Shown: piece after piece, positions 28,141-38,342 of the stretch
Position numbering within the stretch: the first letter of the stretch is position 1
How the letters are laid out: the number at the start of each line of letters is the position of its first letter
DNA from: an uncultured Candidatus Saccharibacteria bacterium
GTDB lineage: Bacteria > Patescibacteriota > Minisyncoccia > Phycocordibacterales > DATDWN01
NCBI GenBank assembly: GCA_964597675.1
Contig: CAZQYV010000004.1
Span: 5,590 to 69,589, forward strand
Reading direction: 5' to 3'
Length of the DNA stretch: 64,000 nt
Program-made: the position numbers and the translations under genes
Notes under the pieces: generated by a model
Told to the model about the DNA's origin: nothing
The model's input: the letters and a program-made list of their open reading frames with translations, nothing else
Databases searched by the model: none

Positions 28141-28748
28141 TGCCACTCTTGACTGATGAGAAGCATGAAAAGATGAAAGAGATATATGAAGAGTTGCTTG
28201 TTCTTACCGAGTCTCCGCTTTATACCTACCGTGTAGAAAATAATTATTTTCCAGTAATTGGAGAGGGAAGTTTAGATGCACATATCATGTTTATTGGGGA
28301 AGCACCGGGAAAAAATGAAGCGGAAACTGCTCGGCCGTTTTGTGGTCGATCAGGAAAATTGCTTGATGAAATGGTTGCATCCATCGGTTTAGAGCGAAAA
28401 GATGTCTATATAACAAACATAGTCAAAGACCGTCCACCAGAAAATCGCGACCCGAATCAAGAAGAGATAGATCTCTACGCACCATTTCTCGATCGTCAAA
28501 TAGAAATCATACAGCCACAAGTCTTGGCGACTCTCGGACGATTTTCTATGGTATATATTATGAATCGCCTCGGATGCGGTGACAAAGTAAAACCTATTGG
28601 TGAAATGCATGGCACTACATGTGTTGCAAAAACCACGTACGGCGATATTACTATCGTACCTTTGTACCATCCCGCTGTTGCATTGTATAACGGTAGTAAC
28701 AAGGCCACATTGATTAATGATTTTCAGGTTTTAAAACAATATATATAA
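28137..28748 (+). CDS. Uracil-DNA glycosylase family 4
   Basis: FIGEAPG, RPFCGRSG, ITNIVKDRPPENRDP, YHPA. Confidence 0.92.
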   Translation: MMPLLTDEKHEKMKEIYEELLVLTESPLYTYRVENNYFPVIGEGSLDAHIMFIGEAPGKNEAETARPFCGRSGKLLDEMVASIGLERKDVYITNIVKDRPPENRDPNQEEIDLYAPFLDRQIEIIQPQVLATLGRFSMVYIMNRLGCGDKVKPIGEMHGTTCVAKTTYGDITIVPLYHPAVALYNGSNKATLINDFQVLKQYI

Positions 28749-28788
28749 GAGTCTTTGATTTTAGGCCTAGATATGGCATTATTGATAT

Positions 28789-30636
28789 ATGAAATCATCA
28801 GACATTCGAGACAAATATCTTAATTTCTTTAAAAAACAGGGGCATGTCATTGTACCTTCCTCTCCTTTGGTGCCCGAAAATGATCCAACAACACTCTTTA
28901 CCGGATCTGGCATGCAACCAATGGTGCCATATCTCCTTGGTACACCACACCCCCTCGGTACACGTATTGCTGACTCGCAAAAATCATTTCGTACAGGAGA
29001 CATAGAAGATATTGGCGATAATAGGCACACGACCTTTTTCGAGATGCTCGGCAACTGGTCACTAGGTGACTATTTTAAACAGGAACAAATAAAGTGGATG
29101 TTTGCCTTTTTGGTAGATGAGCTCGGTCTTGATCCAAATAAATTGTACGTCACAGTTTTTATAGGTGATGAGAAAAATAATATTCCAAAAGACACCGAAG
29201 CAGCTGAGCTATGGAAAGAGTTGTTTATTTCAAAAGGCATCGAGGCGCAGGATATTGAAATTGGCAGCGAAAATGATGGATACATGAAGGGTATGCAGGG
29301 TGGCAGAATCTTTTACTATGATGCGGGTAAAAATTGGTGGTCACGTGCAGGAATCCCAGAAAAGATGCCAGCAGGCGAGCCAGGAGGGCCTGATTCCGAA
29401 ATGTTCTATGAGTTTACAGATATAAAGCACGATCCAAAATTTGGAAAATACTGTCATCCAAACTGCGATTGTGGGCGTTTTCTCGAGATCGGAAACAATG
29501 TTTTCATGGAATACAAGAAAAATCCAGATGGTACATTTTCTAAATTGCCACAAAAAAATGTTGATTTTGGTGGGGGATTCGAGCGTCTCGCTGTCGCCTC
29601 AATCAATACCCCTGACGTCTTTAAAATTGATATTTTTGAGCAAGTTATCAGAACACTTGAGCAACTATCGGGCAAACAATATGACGATTCTAAATATACT
29701 GCTTCATTTCGTATTATTGCTGATCATCTCCGCGCATCAGCATTCCTGATTGGTGATGGTGTGTTGCCAAGCAATAGTGACCAAGGCTATTTTGTCCGTC
29801 GATTGATTCGTCGTGCTGTACGATATTGGGATAAACTTGGAATCACAACAGATGGACTTTCGACTCTTGTCGATCCAGTATTACAATCCTACAATGACGC
29901 TTACCCAGAAACATATAACCAAAAGGATTTTATTAAAGAAGAGATAAGAAAAGAAGAAGAGAGATTTAGAAAAACACTTCAGAGCGGTTTGAAGGAATTT
30001 GAAAAGGGAGTAGATCCATTTATTCTTTTTACTACATTTGGTTTCCCTTTTGAACTGACAGTAGAATTGGCCAAAGAAAAGGGTATTGTGTTGGACGAGG
30101 AAAAATTTCATGAGGATTTAAAAAAGCACCAGGAGCTGTCTCGTGTCGGAAGCGAGCATAAATTTAAGGGAGGTCTGGGCAGTACAGGTGAAATGGAGAC
30201 AAAATATCACACCACAACACACATACTGCATCAGGCCCTTCGCGATGTACTTGGAAATGCAGTTTCACAAAAAGGAAGTAATATTACGGCAGAACGTCTG
30301 CGTTTTGACTTTACTCATGGATCAAAAATGACTGATGAGGAAAAAAGACTAGTCGAGGATATTGTGAATGAAAAGATAAAACAAGGTCTGCCTGTGCAAA
30401 AGGTTGTACTGAAAAAAGATGAGGCAGAAAAAACAGGTGCACTTCACTTTTTTGGTGACAAATACGGAGACGAAGTAAATGTTTATTACGTTGGAAATTC
30501 TATCGAAACAGCATACTCAAAAGAATTTTGTGGCGGTCCTCATGTCGAAAACACAGCAATGCTTGGACATTTCAAAATAATAAAAGAGGAAGCGATTTCT
30601 GCAGGTATCCGTCGTATAAAAGCAGTATTGGAATAA
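28789..30636 (+). CDS. alaS: Alanine--tRNA ligase, compact form lacking the C-Ala domain
   Basis: DPTTLFT.SGMQP, HTTFFEMLGNWS, ADHLRA, HTTTHILH, EFCGGPHV, ends at GIRRIKA. Confidence 0.95.
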   Translation: MKSSDIRDKYLNFFKKQGHVIVPSSPLVPENDPTTLFTGSGMQPMVPYLLGTPHPLGTRIADSQKSFRTGDIEDIGDNRHTTFFEMLGNWSLGDYFKQEQIKWMFAFLVDELGLDPNKLYVTVFIGDEKNNIPKDTEAAELWKELFISKGIEAQDIEIGSENDGYMKGMQGGRIFYYDAGKNWWSRAGIPEKMPAGEPGGPDSEMFYEFTDIKHDPKFGKYCHPNCDCGRFLEIGNNVFMEYKKNPDGTFSKLPQKNVDFGGGFERLAVASINTPDVFKIDIFEQVIRTLEQLSGKQYDDSKYTASFRIIADHLRASAFLIGDGVLPSNSDQGYFVRRLIRRAVRYWDKLGITTDGLSTLVDPVLQSYNDAYPETYNQKDFIKEEIRKEEERFRKTLQSGLKEFEKGVDPFILFTTFGFPFELTVELAKEKGIVLDEEKFHEDLKKHQELSRVGSEHKFKGGLGSTGEMETKYHTTTHILHQALRDVLGNAVSQKGSNITAERLRFDFTHGSKMTDEEKRLVEDIVNEKIKQGLPVQKVVLKKDEAEKTGALHFFGDKYGDEVNVYYVGNSIETAYSKEFCGGPHVENTAMLGHFKIIKEEAISAGIRRIKAVLE

Positions 30637-30661
30637 GTATTACGCGTGATATAATCTAATT

Positions 30662-31882
30662 ATGTTTTCATTCTCAAAAAAAGAGGAGTATGTTTCCTTG
30701 CTCGTTGATATAGGTAATGGAAATGTCTCTGCAAGTCTAGTGGTTTTTTCAATTACAAAAAAACCATTTATATTTTGCACCACTCAAAGTCCAATTTCTA
30801 TTGCATTAGAACCGCGCGCAGATGCTTTGTTATCCTCCATGATTGCTACAGTTGATGCCGTTGTTGGGGAGGTTCTCTCTTTGGGTTTTACTCACACTTA
30901 TTGGAAAGGAAAAGAGAAAAAAATACACGATGCACTATTGTCATTTTCATCACCGTGGTTTCTATCTCAATCGAAACGCATCCACATTGCAGAGGAAAAA
31001 GCATTTGTTATTACAGAACGTTTCCTACATGACATAATGGAAAAAGAGCGTGATTTATTTGAAAAGGAAGTCTCTCCACAAGGAGCTAAAGGTGTTTCGA
31101 GTGCATCTGTAGTTACTCTGGAGCAGGCGGTGACTAATACAAAGATCAATGGTTATCCACTCGACAATAGTATCGGAAAAAAGACAAAACTATTTGATAT
31201 TTCATTATATACATCATGTGCGCCAAATCAGGTTGTGGATGGGGTATTTCAAGTAATATCTAAGCATACCCATCTCTCGCACGATAAAGTGTACGCACAC
31301 ACATTTCCATTTATCACACATTCAGTTTTAGATATTATATATCCGAGATTGTCAGACTATCTGATTATGGATGTCACTGGCGAGGTGACGGACATTACTC
31401 TTGTCAAAGATAACTCGCTTGCCAAGACTGTTTCTTTTCCATCCGGTAGAAATTTGATGATACGCCAGATTGGCACGACATGTGGTGTCTCTCCTGAAAT
31501 TGCAGAATCTATCTTACATATATATACAGGAGGAAAAGGGGATGAGAGTGTAGCAAGACAAATGGAAGAGGTCTGTCGTAATGTAGGTCGTGAGTGGGAT
31601 GTTTATTTTAATGAAGCTCTGACGGGTCTTTCGGAAAAGGCAGATTTGCCTCCACGAGTATTTATTACAGCAGACAAGGACATGTCACAGTTTAGTATCA
31701 ATTTTCTAAACCTAATGAAACGTGACTCTACAGATACGTTCAAAAAAAATGTTGATCCGGTATATGTAGATGAGTCAGTATTCAAAACATTATGCACAAG
31801 AGACTCCCGACTACCAGAAAATGAATTTATTTCGCTACTTTCAGTTTTCTATGATGTATTTCTTAAAAAAGATAATAAGTAA
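30662..31882 (+). CDS. FtsA/PilM-like actin-fold protein (divergent)
   Basis: 'LLVDIGNGNV', 'IMDVTGEVTDITLV...SFPSG...SPEIAES'. Confidence 0.6.
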   Translation: MFSFSKKEEYVSLLVDIGNGNVSASLVVFSITKKPFIFCTTQSPISIALEPRADALLSSMIATVDAVVGEVLSLGFTHTYWKGKEKKIHDALLSFSSPWFLSQSKRIHIAEEKAFVITERFLHDIMEKERDLFEKEVSPQGAKGVSSASVVTLEQAVTNTKINGYPLDNSIGKKTKLFDISLYTSCAPNQVVDGVFQVISKHTHLSHDKVYAHTFPFITHSVLDIIYPRLSDYLIMDVTGEVTDITLVKDNSLAKTVSFPSGRNLMIRQIGTTCGVSPEIAESILHIYTGGKGDESVARQMEEVCRNVGREWDVYFNEALTGLSEKADLPPRVFITADKDMSQFSINFLNLMKRDSTDTFKKNVDPVYVDESVFKTLCTRDSRLPENEFISLLSVFYDVFLKKDNK

Positions 31883-31934
31883 TCAACAGTTATTTTTGCA
31901 AAGTAAGTAAAATAGGGTACAATACAAAGAGGTT

Positions 31935-33335
31935 ATGGTAAATGAACGAAACAAAAAAATAGTTCAGGATATTATTCCAAACAAACGATCTATTCGTGAT
32001 GTCTCTCTACCGTCCCGCTCAGAGAGAGTGTCTGATAAAAAGAAACTTCCAGTCGACGAGTACTCTACTCCTATTTCAATGTATAAAGAGGCAGACGATG
32101 AGACTCCAATTGTTGGGGATATTTCTCCTGCACCTCTAGCATCACCAACACGGTCACCTATTGCGCCACCCTCATATCGGTATGAATACGACGAGCCACA
32201 AAAAAAATCACGTAAAATGCTGTATTCGGCAGTCATTGTGTTGGTTATCGCATCACTTTTTGGCATTTCAGCTTTTTTCAAAAGCGCAAAGGTCTCTGTT
32301 ACACCTAGGTACATATCAAAGACAATAAATGAGACATTTGTTGCAAAAAAAGATGAAGCAGGGAGTGATCTCGGTTTTCAGATAGTTACAATTACAAAAG
32401 ATGCAGAAAAATCTGTACCTGCAACAAGTGAACAGCAGGTGGATATAAAAGCACAGGGTACTATTGTTGTATTCAACAATACAACTGCATCACAGGTGCT
32501 AATACCGACAACACGTTTTCAAACACCGGGCGGACTTATTTATAAGTTGGTTAGTGGTACGACAGTACCTGCCAGACAGGTCAAAAATGGTAAAACTGTG
32601 CCGGGAAGTGTCGAGGTTATAGTACAGGCAGAATCAATTGGTGAAAAATACAATATTGGCTTATCCGACTTTACTATCCCAGGATTTAAGGGTGGCTCAA
32701 AATATACACAGATATATGCTCGATCAAAGACAAGCATGACAGGTGGTTTTTCTGGTATGCAAAAAGTAATTTCAAAAGAGGTGCTCGCCTCATCTGAAAC
32801 TGAACTTGATGCACAATTAAAATCTGCATTGATCGCTGATGTCGAAGCGCAAATTCCATCAAATTTTATGCTGTATCCGCAAGGTATTTCATACTCATTG
32901 GGTGCAGTTGTTCAGTCTACAGGTGGGTCTGATACTGCTATATTGAAAAAGAAAGGGACAATTACTGCTATTATCTTTGACAGAGGTTCGCTTTCTCGAG
33001 CAATTATACAAAAAATAATGCCTGATGTTTCCAATGATTTGGTAAAGATAACAAATCTTGGGGCTCAAACATTCTCACTAACATCTGACAATCTCGATAT
33101 AGGAAATGTAGAGTCTCTGACATTTAGATTGACTGGTAACACTGATTTTATATGGATTTTTGATGAAAATAAACTGAAAAGCGATATCCTAGGACTTTCT
33201 AGGGCACAAGCCACAGCCGTTATTGCTACATATACAGCAGTACAAGAAGCATGGATCGAGACTCAACCATTTTGGAATAAAACTGTCCCAAAAGACTCTA
33301 AAAAAGTCACTATTATAAATACTGTTGAAAAATAG
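31935..33335 (+). CDS. Single-TM protein with baseplate J-like domain
   Basis: TM near aa 95-115; 'KAQGTIVVFN...TRFQT..GL.Y...VQAESIGEKYNIG...MTGG'. Confidence 0.6.
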   Translation: MVNERNKKIVQDIIPNKRSIRDVSLPSRSERVSDKKKLPVDEYSTPISMYKEADDETPIVGDISPAPLASPTRSPIAPPSYRYEYDEPQKKSRKMLYSAVIVLVIASLFGISAFFKSAKVSVTPRYISKTINETFVAKKDEAGSDLGFQIVTITKDAEKSVPATSEQQVDIKAQGTIVVFNNTTASQVLIPTTRFQTPGGLIYKLVSGTTVPARQVKNGKTVPGSVEVIVQAESIGEKYNIGLSDFTIPGFKGGSKYTQIYARSKTSMTGGFSGMQKVISKEVLASSETELDAQLKSALIADVEAQIPSNFMLYPQGISYSLGAVVQSTGGSDTAILKKKGTITAIIFDRGSLSRAIIQKIMPDVSNDLVKITNLGAQTFSLTSDNLDIGNVESLTFRLTGNTDFIWIFDENKLKSDILGLSRAQATAVIATYTAVQEAWIETQPFWNKTVPKDSKKVTIINTVEK

Positions 33336-33406
33336 GCCCTGCTCAAGGAGTGGGGTTGACGAAGTGGCCTCTCATCTGCTAGTATATAACCCATTGATTA
33401 AAAGTA

Positions 33407-33628
33407 ATGCACGATCAGAACAAAAAAGACACGGCGGTCTCTGGTATTGTTACCGAGGCGTTACCAAACACCTTCTTTAAGGTGCGACGCGACGACACAG
33501 GTGAAGAGATGCTAACCTATCTTTCTGGTAAAATGAGACTGCATCGAATACGCGTTTTGATTGGAGACAAGGTCCTTGTCGAGATCGACCCGTATGGTGG
33601 AAAGGGACGAATTGTTAAACGAGGATAA
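33407..33628 (+). CDS. infA: Translation initiation factor IF-1
   Basis: [21 protein letters not shown]. Confidence 0.95.
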   Translation: MHDQNKKDTAVSGIVTEALPNTFFKVRRDDTGEEMLTYLSGKMRLHRIRVLIGDKVLVEIDPYGGKGRIVKRG

Positions 33629-33635
33629 TAATACT

Positions 33636-33752
33636 ATGAAAGTTAAATCATCAGTAAAAAAAATTTGCTCACAATGCCAAGTGGTCCGACGAAAGGGACA
33701 CGTATATGTTGTATGCAAAGCAAACGCACGCCATAAACAACGACAAGGATAA
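33636..33752 (+). CDS. rpmJ: 50S ribosomal protein L36
   Basis: [14 protein letters not shown]...HKQRQG. Confidence 0.97.
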   Translation: MKVKSSVKKICSQCQVVRRKGHVYVVCKANARHKQRQG

Positions 33753-33762
33753 TTAATTACAT

Positions 33763-34143
33763 ATGAGAATACTTGGAATCACACTACCAGAAGAAAAGCG
33801 TATTGAAATTGGCATGACCGTGCTATATGGCATTGGACGACCCCTAGCCATTACTATCCTAAAGAAAGCAGGTGTTTCTGTTGGATTAAAACCAAAGGAT
33901 CTGACTGTAGATCAGGAAAATGCTATTCGAAAAATGATCGAGGAATATAAAATCGAGGGTGATTTGAAGCGAGAGGTCGCAGGAAACATAAAAAGATTAA
34001 AAGACATCAAGGCATATCGTGGCTCACGACATGCTCGAGGTCTGCCATCCCGAGGACAGCGTACAAAGACAAATTCACGAACACGACGAGGTAATGTTCG
34101 AAAGACTATGGGTACAGGACGAAAGGTTGCCGACAAGAAATAA
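33763..34143 (+). CDS. rpsM: 30S ribosomal protein S13
   Basis: [23 protein letters not shown]. Confidence 0.97.
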   Translation: MRILGITLPEEKRIEIGMTVLYGIGRPLAITILKKAGVSVGLKPKDLTVDQENAIRKMIEEYKIEGDLKREVAGNIKRLKDIKAYRGSRHARGLPSRGQRTKTNSRTRRGNVRKTMGTGRKVADKK

Positions 34144-34171
34144 TCGCCATCATAAATCAAATTTAAACAAC

Positions 34172-34603
34172 ATGGGTAAAAAACGAATTGTAACAACAGG
34201 TGAATCAGGAGATACTGAGAAGAAATCATCTCAGGTTTCTGCAGTTTCAAAGAAAAAAGCTGATATCGGCATGCTTTTTGTACAGTCAACCTATAACAAC
34301 ACCAAAATTGTTTTGACAGACACAAAGGGTAACGTTCTTGCAACATCATCATCTGGCTCAATAGGATTTAAGGGTGCAAAAAAGGGTACTCCGTTTGCTG
34401 CAGCAAAGGTTGGTGAAATTATTGGCGGAAAGGCAAGTACAATGGGTATGCGCGAAGTTGCAGTTGTAGTAAAAGGTGTTGGATCTGGACGAGAATCTGG
34501 AATTCGAGGATTCATTTCAAAGGGAGTAAATATTACATCTATCAAGGATGTTACAGCTGTTCCACATAACGGACCAAAACCAAAGAAGCCACGACGAGTT
34601 TAA
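34172..34603 (+). CDS. rpsK: 30S ribosomal protein S11
   Basis: STYNNT, GFKGAKKGTPFAA, DVTAVPHNG; start ATG 34172. Confidence 0.97.
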   Translation: MGKKRIVTTGESGDTEKKSSQVSAVSKKKADIGMLFVQSTYNNTKIVLTDTKGNVLATSSSGSIGFKGAKKGTPFAAAKVGEIIGGKASTMGMREVAVVVKGVGSGRESGIRGFISKGVNITSIKDVTAVPHNGPKPKKPRRV

Positions 34604-34611
34604 AACAAAAG

Positions 34612-34676
34612 GTAAAAAGTAAGAAGTAATAAGTAAAAAATTACATCTTACTCATTACATACTTACATATTACATA
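34612..34676. repeat. Inverted pair of degenerate heptamer tandem repeats
   Basis: GTAANAA x4 followed by TTACATA-like x5. Confidence 0.65.
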
Positions 34677-34684
34677 TTAAAATT

Positions 34685-35293
34685 ATGATTACTGGACCAA
34701 AATACAAAATTGCACGACGACTTGGAGCTCCTATTTTTGAGAAAACTCAGACTCAAAAATACGTGCTTCATACAGAGCGAAGAGGCAAGAAACGTGGCTT
34801 TTCAAAACCAAAGTCAGAGTATGGTATTCAGATGAATGAAAAGCAAAAAGCTCGTTTTACCTACGGCCTTTCTGAGCGACAATTTTCAAATTACGTAAAA
34901 GCTGCACTCGAGAAAAAATCAACACATGCTGTCGGCGCGATTTTCCACTCACTCGAATCACGTTTAGACAATGTTGTATACCGCCTCGGTTTATCTAAAA
35001 CACGTCTCGGTAGTCGCCAGATGGTTTCTCATGGACATATTCTTGTCAATGGACGACGTGGAACTGCACCATCTCGACAGCTTGTCGTAGGGGATACAGT
35101 AGAAATACGTGCAGGATCTTTGGGACGCGGAATTTTCGCAAATCTAGAAGAGAATCTGAAAAACACAACTGTTCCATCATGGATTTCGTTTGATATAACA
35201 AAAAAGACAGCAAAAATAGTCGGCGCACCACTATGGGTACCATCTGATAACATGTTTGATCTCAATGCGGTTGTTGAATTCTATAGCCGATAG
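34685..35293 (+). CDS. rpsD: 30S ribosomal protein S4
   Basis: SEYGIQM.EKQK, LESRLDNVVYRLG, RQMVSHGH, VEFYSR. Confidence 0.97.
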   Translation: MITGPKYKIARRLGAPIFEKTQTQKYVLHTERRGKKRGFSKPKSEYGIQMNEKQKARFTYGLSERQFSNYVKAALEKKSTHAVGAIFHSLESRLDNVVYRLGLSKTRLGSRQMVSHGHILVNGRRGTAPSRQLVVGDTVEIRAGSLGRGIFANLEENLKNTTVPSWISFDITKKTAKIVGAPLWVPSDNMFDLNAVVEFYSR

Positions 35294-35359
35294 CAGAAGG
35301 TGTTGATTTATTTCATTAATTAAGGTATAATTTAAAAATTAAATTTTTAACGCATTACT

Positions 35360-36322
35360 ATGTCTGACTACACAATCGTATTGCCATCAAAGCCAAAAAT
35401 CGTCTCCGAAGCCGATTTTACTGGCTCATATGAGATTGATGGTCTGTACCCAGGGTACGGACACACACTTGGTAACTCTCTCCGGCGTATTATCTTGTCA
35501 TCACTACCAGGAGCTGCTATTACGAGTGTCAAAATCACTGGTGTAGAGCACGAGTTTTCAGTTGTTCCGGGTATGAAGGAAGATGCTATTACTGTTTTAC
35601 TTAACCTCAAGCGAGTTCGTATCCGAATGGTTGGCGACGAACCACAGGTTTTGACATTGAAAGTAAAGGGTGTAAAAGAAGTGACTGCGGGGGACATCAA
35701 ACTTCCCGGTGGTGTCGAAATTCTTAATCCAGAGTTGGTTATCGCAACTCTAGTAGACAAAACTGCAGAGCTTGATATGGAGATTACTGCTGAAAAGGGC
35801 CTCGGCTTTGTATCAAAAGAAGTACTTCAGAAAAATCGTGTTGATATTGGCCAAATCACTCTCGACGCAATCTTTACTCCTATCCGACGCGTAAGTTACG
35901 AAGTAGAAAATATGCGTGTTGGTGACCGAACAGATTTCAACCGATTAAAGTTGTTTATCGAAACTGACGGGACAATTGATCCAAAAGATGCGCTTGAAAA
36001 GTCAATCGAAGTTATGATTAGCCAACTAAAAGCGATCATTGGTTTCAAAGAAGAGGATGTGCTCATGCCAACCGCAAACCACAACAAGGCAGATGCAGAG
36101 GAAAAAAGTGATGAGGTTGACGAAGATGTTTTGAAAACACGAATCGAGACACTTGATCTTTCTGCTAGAACACTTAACGCACTTTCAAATGCAAATATCC
36201 GAACTGTCGGAGGTTTGGCTCGAAAGAAAGAGAAAGACATTCTAGAAATCGACGGACTTGGTTCAAAAGGCCTAAATGAAATCAAAGCGGTCTTGGAAAC
36301 ATTTGATATTACATTAAAATAA
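35360..36322 (+). CDS. rpoA: RNA polymerase alpha subunit
   Basis: GYGHTLGNSLRRIILSS, DAIFTPIRRV, alpha-CTD 'LSARTLNAL'. Confidence 0.97.
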   Translation: MSDYTIVLPSKPKIVSEADFTGSYEIDGLYPGYGHTLGNSLRRIILSSLPGAAITSVKITGVEHEFSVVPGMKEDAITVLLNLKRVRIRMVGDEPQVLTLKVKGVKEVTAGDIKLPGGVEILNPELVIATLVDKTAELDMEITAEKGLGFVSKEVLQKNRVDIGQITLDAIFTPIRRVSYEVENMRVGDRTDFNRLKLFIETDGTIDPKDALEKSIEVMISQLKAIIGFKEEDVLMPTANHNKADAEEKSDEVDEDVLKTRIETLDLSARTLNALSNANIRTVGGLARKKEKDILEIDGLGSKGLNEIKAVLETFDITLK

Positions 36323-36339
36323 CAGCTTAACGGACGAGT

Positions 36340-36687
36340 ATGAATCACCACAACACAAACAGAAAATTTGGACGAGTACGAAAGGTACGAAATGCATTGC
36401 TCAAGTCTCTTGCGCTTTCTTTGGTGCTTCATGGAAAAATCACAACAACAGATGCAAAAGCACGTGAACTTCGTCCATATGCTGAAAAAATGGTTACACA
36501 AGGACGATCTGATACTGTTACAGCACGACGTTTGTTGTCAGCAAAAATTGGTCTCCCTGGAACACTAAAACTTATCAAAGATATATCTCCACGATATGCG
36601 AAACGTGCTGGTGGATACACTCGTATCACCAAATTGCCACGACGAAAAAGTGATGGCAGTCTAATGGCGGTTATTGAATTTGTATAA
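36340..36687 (+). CDS. rplQ: 50S ribosomal protein L17
   Basis: ITTT.AKA.ELR, GGYTRITK, RKSDG..MAVIE. Confidence 0.95.
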   Translation: MNHHNTNRKFGRVRKVRNALLKSLALSLVLHGKITTTDAKARELRPYAEKMVTQGRSDTVTARRLLSAKIGLPGTLKLIKDISPRYAKRAGGYTRITKLPRRKSDGSLMAVIEFV

Positions 36688-36727
36688 GGTTGTAAATTCT
36701 AACGTTCTGTGGTAATAATATAAAATC

Positions 36728-37072
36728 ATGAAATACGTACTAGATGCAGAAAACAAACGAATCGGACGCATTGCCACACAGGCTGCGGTATTTCTAATGG
36801 GCAAAAATACTCCAGAGTTTAAGCGTAACGCAATCCCTCAGATTGTGGTAGAAATCAAGAATACATCAAAAGCATTGATAGACGAGCGAAAGCTCGACCA
36901 GAAGCGATATAGCCGATATTCTGGCTATCCAGGAGGCCTCAAGCAACCTACAATGAAGCAGGTGATTGATAAAAAGGGCTACAACGAGCTTTTCCGTGAG
37001 GCAGTTTCAGGAATGCTTCCAAAAAACAAACTTCGATCAAAAATGATGCTTAATTTAATTATTACAGAATAA
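36728..37072 (+). CDS. rplM: 50S ribosomal protein L13 (short)
   Basis: LDA...GRIATQAA..LMGK, YSGYPGGLK, AVSGMLPKNKL. Confidence 0.93.
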   Translation: MKYVLDAENKRIGRIATQAAVFLMGKNTPEFKRNAIPQIVVEIKNTSKALIDERKLDQKRYSRYSGYPGGLKQPTMKQVIDKKGYNELFREAVSGMLPKNKLRSKMMLNLIITE

Positions 37073-37077
37073 TAGAC

Positions 37078-37476
37078 ATGACTGATACAAAAGAAAAATA
37101 CATAGAGGCGGTAGGACGACGAAAGACATCTGTTGCTCGCGTTCGTATTACTCCAGGATCAAAAATGTCATTTACAGTCAATGACAAGGATGTTCATGAC
37201 TATTTTCCGCTCGCTGATATGCATGGTATCGTCAAACAACCATTTACAGATATCGCTGAAAAATTTAAAGTTACCGCTCACATTGTCGGTGGTGGCATCC
37301 ACTCACAATCAGAAGCAATGCGACACGGTATTGCACGAGCACTTGTTGCATACAATATGGATTTTCGCCGACCACTCAAGAAAGAGGGAATGCTCAAACG
37401 AGATCCTCGCATGAAGGAGCGACGAAAGTTCGGCTTGAAGAAAGCTCGAAAATCTCCTCAATGGAGTAAGCGTTAA
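37078..37476 (+). CDS. rpsI: 30S ribosomal protein S9
   Basis: GRRKTSVARV, RDPRMKERRKFGLKKARKSPQWSKR. Confidence 0.97.
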   Translation: MTDTKEKYIEAVGRRKTSVARVRITPGSKMSFTVNDKDVHDYFPLADMHGIVKQPFTDIAEKFKVTAHIVGGGIHSQSEAMRHGIARALVAYNMDFRRPLKKEGMLKRDPRMKERRKFGLKKARKSPQWSKR

Positions 37477-37485
37477 AACTTCGAC

Positions 37486-37649
37486 TCCATACTATTTTCT
37501 CACCGTCCTCGTCTTTTGTTGGATGAAGCGTATTTTGACCGGCCTTCCGCAGACTCCCTTTGGTCGCCCTTTCAGGGCACGTGCTCACGGCCAGTCAAAA
37601 TACTGTCATCCATGACAAAAGTCTGCGAATGGTGATAAAATACTATGGA
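37486..37649 (+). repeat. Long palindromic element, type A copy 1
   Basis: Interrupted stem; 50-nt apical segment 40/50 identical to that of 41108-41283. Confidence 0.8.
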
Positions 37650-37685
37650 ATCTACGTATGACTAGACTAATATAGATAAAACAAC

Positions 37686-38285
37686 ATGATTGACGAAGAT
37701 ACAATAATTAATACTTCGGAGAATGAACCCGAGGTCGATACCGACCCAGGGGATGATGTTATTTTTGAGGAAAATACAGAAGTGACTGGTGTTGATTGTG
37801 CACAGAAGGTTAAAAAATTAAAGGATAGGATAAAGGAACTGGAAAAGAAAAATGCGGACCTTCTCGACTCATGGCAGAGAGATAAGGCGGATTTTTTGAA
37901 CGCACGTCGTTTGGATGCTGAAAATCAAAAAAACTTTGCAATGTTTGCAAAGGAAGATATTGCCACAGAAATTATTCCCGTTCTTGATTCATTTGAATCA
38001 GCGTTTAAAAACAAAGAAGCTTGGGAAAAAGTTGATAAAAACTGGCGTACAGGGGTTGAATACATTCACTCACAGCTTGTTGGAGTACTTGGAAATCATG
38101 GCGTGACAGTTATAAATCCTATTGGTGATATGTTTGATCACAATCGTGATGAAGCTATTGAAAATGTATCCGTGGAAAACAAAAATGATGATGGAAAAAT
38201 AATGGAGGTGGTGAGTGTGGGGTATAAATTACAGAATAAAATTATACGAGCACCGAAGGTGAAGGTGGGGAAAATAAGCGAGTAA
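37686..38285 (+). CDS. grpE: Nucleotide exchange factor GrpE
   Basis: QRDKADFLNARR, PVLDSF, FDHNRDEAI, GYKL..KIIRAPKVKV. Confidence 0.95.
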   Translation: MIDEDTIINTSENEPEVDTDPGDDVIFEENTEVTGVDCAQKVKKLKDRIKELEKKNADLLDSWQRDKADFLNARRLDAENQKNFAMFAKEDIATEIIPVLDSFESAFKNKEAWEKVDKNWRTGVEYIHSQLVGVLGNHGVTVINPIGDMFDHNRDEAIENVSVENKNDDGKIMEVVSVGYKLQNKIIRAPKVKVGKISE

Positions 38286-38342
38286 ACGGTAAGAGGTAAG
38301 GAGTAAAAAATCCCGACCAGAGCGCTGGTCGGGAATCGTTGA

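Noticed and set aside
31935-33335. Prophage inferred from the baseplate-like domain
   Set aside because: No capsid, terminase or tail genes; the protein has a TM anchor and sits among core genes
33561-34603. N-terminally extended L36 and S11 in the ORF track
   Set aside because: The extensions overlap upstream genes; canonical starts are at 33636 and 34172
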